Shown here in pieces: positions 29,234-36,522 of a DNA stretch of 36,522 nt. Position numbers and translations under genes: made by a program. This DNA comes from Candidatus Xenobia bacterium (GTDB lineage: Bacteria; Vulcanimicrobiota; Xenobia; Xenobiales; QWHO01). Numbering within the stretch: position 1 is the first letter of the stretch; each line of letters begins with the position of its first letter. The notes beneath the pieces are model-generated. The model made no database searches, was not told the DNA's origin, and was given only the letters and a program-made list of their open reading frames with translations. The stretch spans positions 1 to 36,522 of the forward strand of contig BTUM01000079.1 in assembly GCA_045863235.1 (NCBI GenBank), written 5' to 3'.

Positions 29234-30420
29234 CCAGCCAGTACCCTCCCGAGAATCTCCAGAGCCTCCTCCACGTCCAGTTGGGTCACGACCAGCGGGG
29301 GGGCCAGGCGCAGGGTGTGCGAGCGCACCGCATTGAGCATGAGCTGTTGCTGCAGGCAGGCCAGCTCCACCGGTTTGGCCTCCACCTCCAGCTCGACGCC
29401 CAACAGCAGGCCGGCGCCGCGGACCTCCTTCACCTTCGGCAGGGCCTTGAGCCCGCCCACAAGCTGGCGGCTGCGCAGCTCCACATCGCTCAGGAGCTGC
29501 TCCACCTCCTCGAGCACCACGTTGGCGGCGGCGCAGGCCAGGGCGTTCCCGCCGAAGGTGCAGCCGTGGGTACCTGGCACCAGCACCGCGGCCGCCTCGG
29601 CCCTGGCCAGCACCGCTCCCACCGGAACCCCGCCGCCCAGACCCTTGGCCAGCGTCACCACGTCCGGCAAGAGGCCGTGGGAGTGGAAGCAGAACATCGC
29701 CCCGGTGCGGCCCACCCCGGTCTGGACCTCGTCGAGCATAAACAGGGCCCCGTGCTTGCGGCACATCAGCTCGAGGCCGTGCAGGAACTCGAGCGTGCCG
29801 GGTACGATTCCGCCCTCGCCCTGGATGGGCTCGACCAGCACGGCCGCCACATCCGGCCCCATGGCTTGTTGCCAGGCAGCCAGCTCGTTGTAGGGCAGGA
29901 AGGTGAAGCCCTCGGGCAGCGGCTCGAAACCCTTGTGGTAGGCGGGATTGCCGGTGGCCGCCAGGGCCCCCATGGTGCGCCCGTGGAAGCTGTTCTCGGC
30001 TACCAGGATGCGGTGGCCCCGGCCGTGCTCGACGGCGTGCTTGCGGGCGAGCTTGAGGGCCGCCTCGTTGGCCTCGGCACCCGAGTTGCAGAAGAATACC
30101 CGGTCCAGGCCCGAGATTCGGGTCAGGGCCTGAGCCGCGCGGATCTGCTCGGGTAGCTGGTAGAGGTTGGAGACGTGCAGGTAGCGCTCGGCCTGGTGGG
30201 TGATGGCCCGCACCAGCGCCGGATGGGCGTGGCCCAGCGAGCTGACGGCCACTCCGCCGATGAAGTCGAGGTAGCTCTTACCCTCCACGTCGAAGAGGCG
30301 GGCGCCGCGCCCGTGGGTGAAGGCCACCGGGGCCCGCTTGTAGTTGGCGAACAGGCACTCTTCGGCCTCTCTGGCGTAGTGCTCGTTGGTTTGCATGGTG
30401 AGACTCTCCCAGGTCAGCAT
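29230..30420 (-). CDS. argD: Acetylornithine aminotransferase
   Basis: FFCNSGAEANEAA, FHGRT, EPIQGEGG, DEVQTG and TLAKGLGGG, in operon context. Confidence 0.95.
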   Translation of the reverse strand: MLTWESLTMQTNEHYAREAEECLFANYKRAPVAFTHGRGARLFDVEGKSYLDFIGGVAVSSLGHAHPALVRAITHQAERYLHVSNLYQLPEQIRAAQALTRISGLDRVFFCNSGAEANEAALKLARKHAVEHGRGHRILVAENSFHGRTMGALAATGNPAYHKGFEPLPEGFTFLPYNELAAWQQAMGPDVAAVLVEPIQGEGGIVPGTLEFLHGLELMCRKHGALFMLDEVQTGVGRTGAMFCFHSHGLLPDVVTLAKGLGGGVPVGAVLARAEAAAVLVPGTHGCTFGGNALACAAANVVLEEVEQLLSDVELRSRQLVGGLKALPKVKEVRGAGLLLGVELEVEAKPVELACLQQQLMLNAVRSHTLRLAPPLVVTQLDVEEALEILGRVLAG

Positions 30421-31172
30421 GGGGCTCCTCCGGTGATCAGCGTGCCCTCTCGGCCCGCCAGGCCTTCCAGGAGCGAGGCTCCAGCGCGCAGGATCTGGGC
30501 CGGAACGCCGCTCCGGGCGGCTTCCTGGCACGATCGCAGCTTGGGGATCATCCCTCCGGTGGCGGCCCCGTTTGCGATGAGGGCGTCGGCTTCCTGGTCG
30601 GTCAGCTCTTTGAGCACGGCACCGTCTTTCATGACTCCCGGCACGTCGGTCAAGAACAGGATGCGCTCGGCTTTGAGGGCCCGGGCCACAGCGCCGGCAG
30701 CGGTGTCGGCGTTCAGGTTGAGCCGCTCGCCCTCGGGACCCAGGCCGATGGGGGCGATCACGGGTAGATAACCCGCTCCGAGCAAGAGCTCGAGCAGAGC
30801 CACGTTGACCCGCTCCACCTGACCCACCTGGCCGAGCTTCTCACTCACCCGGCTGCACTCGAGCAGGGCCCCGTCCACGCCCGACAGGCCGAGGGCGCGG
30901 CAGCCTCGCAGCAGGCTGACCAGGGAGGTGTTGATCTTGCCGGCCAGCACCATCTCGGCCGCCTCCATGGTGACCTGGTCGGTGACCCGCAGGCCGTCCT
31001 CCCAGCGCGCCTCGTGGCCCATGGTGGCCAGCAATCTGGAGAGCTCGGGGCCGCCCCCGTGCACCAGCACGGCTTGATGGCCGGCCTGCTGAAGCTTCTT
31101 GAGCTCGCTATTGAGGCTGGCCAGCTCGGCCGGGCTGAGTGAGCTGCCGCCGAACTTGAGCACCAGCCTCAC
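30414..31172 (-). CDS. argB: Acetylglutamate kinase
   Basis: VLKFGGS, VHGGGP, GLRVTD, NLNAD and GGMIPK. Confidence 0.96.
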   Translation of the reverse strand: MRLVLKFGGSSLSPAELASLNSELKKLQQAGHQAVLVHGGGPELSRLLATMGHEARWEDGLRVTDQVTMEAAEMVLAGKINTSLVSLLRGCRALGLSGVDGALLECSRVSEKLGQVGQVERVNVALLELLLGAGYLPVIAPIGLGPEGERLNLNADTAAGAVARALKAERILFLTDVPGVMKDGAVLKELTDQEADALIANGAATGGMIPKLRSCQEAARSGVPAQILRAGASLLEGLAGREGTLITGGAPC

Positions 31173-32320
31173 GAGAGGTAGCTCCCGTTGAGCCGGACGT
31201 AGGCCTCGTTCAGGTCGCAGGTGAGCACCCTGGCGCGTCCCTCGCCCAGTCCCAGATGGCAGCCGATCTGCACTTCCTTTTGCTGCATCGCGCTGGCGGC
31301 GGCCTCCCAGGTGCCGCTCACGAAGACGCCCTGCTGCACGATGGTGACGCCTCCGAAGGAGAGGCTGGTGCGCTCTTCCTCCATCTCCACCCCGGCCCGC
31401 CCCAGGGCCGCCAGCACGCGGCCCCAGTTGGGCTCGCCTCCGTGAATCATGGTCTTGACCAGGAGCGAGCTGGCCACGCAGTAGGCGGCCTGCTTGGCCT
31501 CGGCGTCGCTGACCGCGCCCTCGACGGTGATCTCAACCAGCCGGGTGGCCCCCTCTCCGTCCTGAACCACCTGGCGCGCCAGGCTGCGGGCCACGGTGGT
31601 GAGGGCCTCGGTCAGCTCGTTCAGGTTCACCTTGCCCCCCGCCGTCCCGTTGGCCAGCACCAGGGCGCAGTCGTTGGTGGAGGTGTCACCGTCCACGCTG
31701 ATCGAGTTGAAGGAAAGGTCGATGGCCGTGCGCAGGGCCTGCTGCAGGTCGAGCGGCGACACCGGCGCGTCGGTGGTCAGAAAGCACAGGGTGGTGGCCA
31801 TGTTGGGGTGGATCATGCCCGCTCCCTTGGCCATTCCGCCCACGGTGTAGGGGCCGAATTTGACCCCGGCCGTCTTGGGGAAGGCGTCGGTGGTGGTGAT
31901 GGCCAGCGCGGCCCGCTCGCCGTCCTGGCCCAACTGCTCGGGCAGGCGCTTGATGCCGGAGCGCACTTTGTCCATCGGAAGTGGGTGGCCGATCACCCCG
32001 GTGGAGGCCACCAGCACCTGGGCTTCGGGAACCTTCAGCGCCTCGGCCGTCAGCGAGGCCATCTCGCGAGCGTCCTGAAAGCCTTGAGCGCCCGTGCAGG
32101 CGTTGGCGTTGCCGCTGTTGACGATGATGGCCCGGGCGATGCCGCCCTTGACCTTCTCGCGGCTGTACTTGACGGGCGGCGCCTTGACTTTGTTGGTGGT
32201 GAACAATCCCGCCACCGAGGCCGGGGTCTCGGAGAAGAGCAGCATGAGGTCATCCTTCTCGGGCTTGATGCCGCAGTGCAGCGAGGCGACCGCAAAGCCG
32301 AGGGGGGAGGTGATGTTCAT
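31169..32320 (-). CDS. argJ: Glutamate N-acetyltransferase / ornithine acetyltransferase
   Basis: NSGNANACTG, ASTGVIG, KGAGMIHPNMAT, DGDTSTND and DGEGAT. Confidence 0.97.
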   Translation of the reverse strand: MNITSPLGFAVASLHCGIKPEKDDLMLLFSETPASVAGLFTTNKVKAPPVKYSREKVKGGIARAIIVNSGNANACTGAQGFQDAREMASLTAEALKVPEAQVLVASTGVIGHPLPMDKVRSGIKRLPEQLGQDGERAALAITTTDAFPKTAGVKFGPYTVGGMAKGAGMIHPNMATTLCFLTTDAPVSPLDLQQALRTAIDLSFNSISVDGDTSTNDCALVLANGTAGGKVNLNELTEALTTVARSLARQVVQDGEGATRLVEITVEGAVSDAEAKQAAYCVASSLLVKTMIHGGEPNWGRVLAALGRAGVEMEEERTSLSFGGVTIVQQGVFVSGTWEAAASAMQQKEVQIGCHLGLGEGRARVLTCDLNEAYVRLNGSYLS

Positions 32321-32333
32321 GGGGTGGTTCCTT

Positions 32334-33317
32334 TCACGGGTAAAGCCCCGGACTGAGGAGACCTTCGGTCTCGCTCAGTCCGTGCATCAAATTGAGGTTC
32401 TGGATGGCCTGGCCGGCGGCGCCTTTGACCAGGTTGTCGAGGGCGCTCACCACCACCGCCAGTTGCCGCTCGGGGTCGTAGCGCACGGCGATGTCGCAGA
32501 AGTTGGAGCCGGCCGTGGCCCGGGTTTGAGGCAGCTCGTCCTGGTCGAGCAAACGCACGAACGGCTCGTGTTCGTAGGCTTGCTGGTAGAGGGTTTCGAC
32601 GGGCTGGTCGACCCGGGCATAGCAGGTCGCCAGGATGCCCCGGGTCATGGGCGCAAGGTGCGGCGAGAAGAAGACGTCAGCCTCCAGCCCCTGCTCGATC
32701 TCGGGCTGGTGGCGGTGGGTTCCCAGGTTGTAAGGCCGAAAGTTGTCGTTGACGTGGCAGTAGTGGGTGGTGGCGCTGGCCGTGCGCCCGGCTCCCGAGA
32801 CTCCTGACTTGGCGTCCACGATCAGGGGACCTCTGGCCAGGTGCGCCAGCGGCTTGAGGGCCAGGATGGAGGCGGTGGGATAGCAGCCCGGGTTAGCGAT
32901 CAGGCGGGCCTTCTTGATCTGCTCTCGGTTCAGCTCGGGAAGCCCGTAGACGGCCTCGCGGCGCAGTTGTGCGTACTCGTCCCGGCCGTAGTGCTTCTCG
33001 TGCTGGGCGTCGTCCTTGAGGCGCAGGTCGCCGCTCAGGTCGATCACCTTCAGCCCCTGGTCGAGAAGCTGCGCCGCCAGCGGGGCGGCCTGGCCGTGGG
33101 GGACGGCCAGGAAGGCGGCCTGGGCCTCGCCGGGTGCCTCGACAGCCGGGCGGATGGTCAGTCCCGTTTGCTTGCGCAGGTTGGGAAACAGGGCCTGGAG
33201 GTCTCTCTCGGCGGTGCCGTAGAGGCCGGTGAGCTGGACATGGGGGTGAGCGAGCAGCAAGCGGATGAGCTCGCCGCCGGTGTATCCCGAGGCTCCCACG
33301 ATGCAAACCTTGAGCAT
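32334..33317 (-). CDS. argC: N-acetyl-gamma-glutamyl-phosphate reductase
   Basis: GASGYTG, IANPGCYPT, SGVSGAG and DNLVKGAAGQA. Confidence 0.97.
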   Translation of the reverse strand: MLKVCIVGASGYTGGELIRLLLAHPHVQLTGLYGTAERDLQALFPNLRKQTGLTIRPAVEAPGEAQAAFLAVPHGQAAPLAAQLLDQGLKVIDLSGDLRLKDDAQHEKHYGRDEYAQLRREAVYGLPELNREQIKKARLIANPGCYPTASILALKPLAHLARGPLIVDAKSGVSGAGRTASATTHYCHVNDNFRPYNLGTHRHQPEIEQGLEADVFFSPHLAPMTRGILATCYARVDQPVETLYQQAYEHEPFVRLLDQDELPQTRATAGSNFCDIAVRYDPERQLAVVVSALDNLVKGAAGQAIQNLNLMHGLSETEGLLSPGLYP

Positions 33318-33320
33318 GGC

Positions 33321-33358
33321 TTTGTATGTTTATACGTGATGGTGAATAAAAATGCAAG
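33321..33358 (-). promoter_or_regulatory. Tandem ARG boxes overlapping the argC promoter
   Basis: Minus strand ctTGCATttttATTCAcc-at-caCGTATaaacATACAaa. The -35 TTGCAT, 17-nt spacer and -10 TATAAA lie inside the boxes. Confidence 0.88.
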
Positions 33359-33401
33359 AGCGGAAGGGTCGGGAGGCGCAGGCCCAGTTCCGCTCCGCCG
33401 G

Positions 33402-33992
33402 TCAGCGCTGCATCACCACCAGGCGCCGTTGGAAAGTGGTCAGGTCGGCCAGCCTGAGCCCCTGCTCTTGGGCCCGGCGCTGAAACTCCATCCTTCGCTC
33501 ACGCCAACCCTGGCAGGGGTGCTCGTCGATCAGCTTCAGACCCAGGTCGCTCAGGTCGAGCCGCTCCTGCTCCACCAGGCTGAAGACCAGCCGGGCTCCC
33601 GGCTTGAGGATTCGGCCCGCCTCGCGCAAGGCTCCGCCCAGGTCGTTGGAGTGCCAGAGTGCGTCGATGCTGAGCGCCCCGTCAGCCGAGGCTTCAGGCA
33701 AATCGGTGGCGTGAAAGTCGCGCTGCAGGTAGGTGGCCGGGTAGCCCTGAGACTGCTCTCGGGCCAGTCCGACCGCCTCCCGGGAGAGGTCCAGGCCCAG
33801 CAACACCGCTTTCAGCCTGCGAGCGACCCATAGCCCCGGTCCACCCCGTCCGCAGCCCAGGTCCACCAGCAGCCCGCCCGGCCGCAGGCCGATGTGGTCA
33901 GCGACCCAGCCGAGCTCGCTCAGCGTGATGTCGCTGGTCGCTCCCGGCACGGCCTCGGGGCCGAAGACCTCTCGGTAGATCGCGTCAGACAG
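33402..33992 (-). CDS. Class I SAM-dependent methyltransferase
   Basis: LVDLGCGRGGPG, GLDLS and RILKPGARL. The frame extends upstream of the GTG at 33950 as LSDAIYREVFGPEA, so the start is uncertain. Confidence 0.85.
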   Translation of the reverse strand: MSDAIYREVFGPEAVPGATSDITLSELGWVADHIGLRPGGLLVDLGCGRGGPGLWVARRLKAVLLGLDLSREAVGLAREQSQGYPATYLQRDFHATDLPEASADGALSIDALWHSNDLGGALREAGRILKPGARLVFSLVEQERLDLSDLGLKLIDEHPCQGWRERRMEFQRRAQEQGLRLADLTTFQRRLVVMQR

Positions 33993-34188
33993 TTTCGGCG
34001 TCGCGTTTGGCCCCGCCCAGGAAGACGCGCACTTCCTCTTCCCGCATGGTGGCCTTCGGTTTCTTGCGCAGGTCGCCTTTGGGCCTGCTCTCCCGGCCCC
34101 AAGCCATCTGGTTCTCGGCCCTGGCCGAGGTCAGCCCGCGGCGGGCGGTCTCCAGAAACTGACTGCGGGTGACCTGTCCGATGTCCAC
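33985..34188 (-). CDS. Small hypothetical protein (67 aa)
   Basis: Preceded by the shared promoter motif at exact spacing. The C-terminus resembles the shared terminal motif. Confidence 0.55.
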   Translation of the reverse strand: MDIGQVTRSQFLETARRGLTSARAENQMAWGRESRPKGDLRKKPKATMREEEVRVFLGGAKRDAETV

Positions 34189-34226
34189 CGTGCGATTGTG
34201 CCACCGAGGACTGAAAGAAGCCTGGA
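34189..34226 (-). promoter_or_regulatory. Shared leaderless-type promoter motif, copy 5
   Basis: Minus strand TCCAG-gct-TCTTT-N13-CACAAT-cgcacg-GTG. Confidence 0.6.
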
Positions 34227-34298
34227 TTCGGAGGCCTTCCCCGGGTAGAGGCTCTGCGCTCGAAAAGACTACCGTGTCCTGAGGGCGAACTGTCCCCC

Positions 34299-35501
34299 AT
34301 GGAGATCCGCTTCAATCTGCCCCAGGCCGCCTCTCAGCCCGTGCAGCGCGTTGCTGGCGGGACGGGTCAGCCGCCCAACCCCTCCGACCAGGTCACCCTG
34401 CTTGCTCGGCAGACCGGGGTGACTCGCACCTCGGTCAGCGAGGTCAAGACCGAGAGCGGAGTTGAAGCCGAGGTGGTGCGCACCCAGCATGGAGTGGCCC
34501 TGAACGCCTCCTTGCCGGCAGGGCAGCTCTTGCCTCTCCCACTGGCCATTCAGGTGCTGCAGGGGCCGGGCGGGCGGGTGACGCTGCAGGCGACCCGGGA
34601 TGGGCAGTCCGTACCCACGCGTCTGGCCGGTGACGGCAAGGTCCTGGTGCAACTCGACAACGATAGCACGGCTCCTCTGGCCGTTTTCGATCCGGGCACC
34701 CTGTCCTTCGGGTTGGCTTCGGCGCAGATGCACGAAACGATCCTGGCCGATGGAACGACCCTCATCCAGAAGGGAGACCTGGGGGTGCAGCGCAAACCGA
34801 CCGGTGAGCTCAGCGCCACTCGCGGGCGCACGCCGGTGAGGGTGCTGGCCGACCAGGGCGGAGAGTTGACCCTCCAGCAGAGTCTGCCTCCGGCCGGGGT
34901 CCATCTCACCGAGTGGGTCCACAGTCCGGCTGCCCGGCCCTTCAAGCTGGCCCCCTTCTCGGCGGCTTTGCCCGGCGCCCTCTTTCCTGGCCTGGCGAAG
35001 GCGATTGCCCTTCAGGAGCTCAGGGACACTGCGCGAAGCGCGGAGAGGCAGCTCTTTCTGGGTCGTCACGTGGTGCTGGCCGGCAAGGAGGCTGGTGCCC
35101 TGCTCGAAGAGCTCAAGCACTCCCATGCGCTGCTCAGGAGCAAGGAGATCGATCTTTCCGGCATGCACCCCGACGTGGGTCGGCGCGGTCCACCTGAGCG
35201 CGATCCTGATCGGGTCCTGTTTGGTTATCAGGGGCCCAGGGGCTACGTGACCGGACTGGTCGAAGAGGCGATGGCCGAAGGCAGGCCGCTGGTGCTCAAG
35301 AATGTCGACCACCTTCCCCTTTCCACGATGGAGAAGCTCCTGGGTGCGTCCCGCGGCCACCTCGAGCGCCCCCAGGAGAAACCATTCCGGCCACCCGAGC
35401 GGGTGCGGGCTCACCCGGGCTTCCGGCTGGTCTTGCTCTCGCAACTGCCACCTGCCCGACTTCAGATGCTGAAATCGTCAGGTTTCTCGCTGTTCGACTG
35501 A
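34299..35501 (+). CDS. Hypothetical protein with a degenerate MoxR/dynein-related AAA+-like C-terminus
   Basis: GLVEEAMAEGRPLVLKNVDHL...VRAHPGFRLVL resembles AAA_5 domains but lacks an intact Walker A and Walker B. Confidence 0.7.
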   Translation: MEIRFNLPQAASQPVQRVAGGTGQPPNPSDQVTLLARQTGVTRTSVSEVKTESGVEAEVVRTQHGVALNASLPAGQLLPLPLAIQVLQGPGGRVTLQATRDGQSVPTRLAGDGKVLVQLDNDSTAPLAVFDPGTLSFGLASAQMHETILADGTTLIQKGDLGVQRKPTGELSATRGRTPVRVLADQGGELTLQQSLPPAGVHLTEWVHSPAARPFKLAPFSAALPGALFPGLAKAIALQELRDTARSAERQLFLGRHVVLAGKEAGALLEELKHSHALLRSKEIDLSGMHPDVGRRGPPERDPDRVLFGYQGPRGYVTGLVEEAMAEGRPLVLKNVDHLPLSTMEKLLGASRGHLERPQEKPFRPPERVRAHPGFRLVLLSQLPPARLQMLKSSGFSLFD

Positions 35502-35584
35502 ACGAGCGGGATGATCGCCCGGGATGACCCCGTGGCGGCTGAGCCCGGCCGCCAAATGCGGGACCCGCGCTGTCAGCGGCCCAA

Positions 35585-36522
35585 CGCCAGGGCTACGAGG
35601 CCGGCAGGCACGGCCGGCCAGGCGTCAGGGCCACGAGGCCGGCCAGGCACCAGGGCTACGTGGCCGGCCACGGCCGGCCACACACGGCCAGTCACGCACG
35701 GCCGGCCAGGCGCCAGGGCTACGAGGCCGGCCACGCACCAGGGCCATGAGGCCGGCCAGGCACCAGGGCTACGAGGCCGGCCACGCACGGCCGGCCACAC
35801 ACTGCCGGCCAGGCGCCAGGGCCACGAGGCCGGCCAGGCACCAGGGCTACGAGGCCGGCCACGCACCAGGGCCATGAGGCCAGCCACGCACCAGGGCCAC
35901 GAGGCCGACCACGCATCAGGGCCAGGAGGCCGGCCACACTACCAGGGCCACGAGGCCGGCCACGCACCAGGGCCACGAGGCCGGCCACGCACCAGGGCCA
36001 GGAGGCCGGCCACACCAGGGCCACGAGGCCGGCCACGCACCAGGGCCACGAGGCCGGCCAGGCACCAGGGCTACGAGGCCGGCAGGCACGGCCGGCCCGG
36101 CACCAGGGTCACGAGGCCAGCCACGCACCAAGGCCACGAGGCCGGCCAGGCACCAGGGTCACGAGGCCAGCCACGCACCAAGGCCACGAGGCCGGCCACG
36201 CACCAGGGCTACGAGGCCAGCCACGCACGGCCGGCCACACACTGCCGGCCAGGCGCCAGGGTCACGAGGCCAGCCACGCACCAAGGCCACGCACCAGGGC
36301 CAGGAGGCCGGCCAGGCACCAGGGCTACGAGGCCGGCCACGCACCAGGGCCAGGCGCCAGGGCCAGGAGGCCAGCCAAGCACCAGGGCCAGGAGGCCGGC
36401 CAGGCACCAGGGCCATGATGGCCGCCCACGCACCAGGGCCATGAGGCCAGCCACGCACCAGGGCCATGAGGCCGGCCAGGCACCAGGGCCATGATGGCCG
36501 CCCACGCACCAGGGCCATGAGG
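35585..36522. repeat. GC-rich 25-bp minisatellite, consensus CAGGGCCACGAGGCCGGCCACGCAC, running off the window end
   Basis: Dozens of degenerate head-to-tail copies with no unique spacers. The unit length is not a multiple of 3. Confidence 0.95.

Noticed and set aside
35585..36522. CRISPR array, or the repeat-protein ORFs 35511-36494 and overlapping frames
   Set aside because: The units are contiguous with no unique spacers and no cas genes nearby. The 25-nt period and lack of T keep frames open trivially.

Overview
High-GC (roughly two-thirds G+C by eye) bacterial chromosomal window. The right third is a housekeeping arginine operon on the minus strand (argC-argJ-argB-argD-argR-carA-carB) with tandem ARG boxes over its promoter. 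The rest is accessory: DUF485 plus an ActP-like symporter, a Tat-type flavin amine oxidase, a divergent histidine kinase and REC-HD-SARP regulator pair, a serpin, a kinase-like protein, a SWIM zinc finger and DUF6493-like pair, a Spy/CpxP-like protein, two methyltransferases, a 5'-damaged PIN toxin and many lineage-specific hypotheticals. The window ends in a 25-bp minisatellite. Three signals are not explained by the ORF track. (1) A ~500-nt stand-alone structured RNA (5613-6122) runs from a near-consensus sigma70 promoter to an intrinsic terminator and is built of two homologous ~246-nt domains with compensatory base changes. (2) Divergent from it is a probable 55-aa membrane selenoprotein (5359-5526, minus strand) with an in-frame UGA followed by a SECIS-like hairpin. 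(3) Five scattered hypothetical genes share a fixed-spacing leaderless promoter, TYMAG-N3-TYTTT-N13-YANNNT-N6-start, and three of them also share a C-terminal motif, suggesting a co-regulated class of exported proteins. Protein style suggests Ca. Eremiobacterota/Vulcanimicrobiota, but that is a low-confidence recollection. All family names come from motif recognition by eye; no database search was run.
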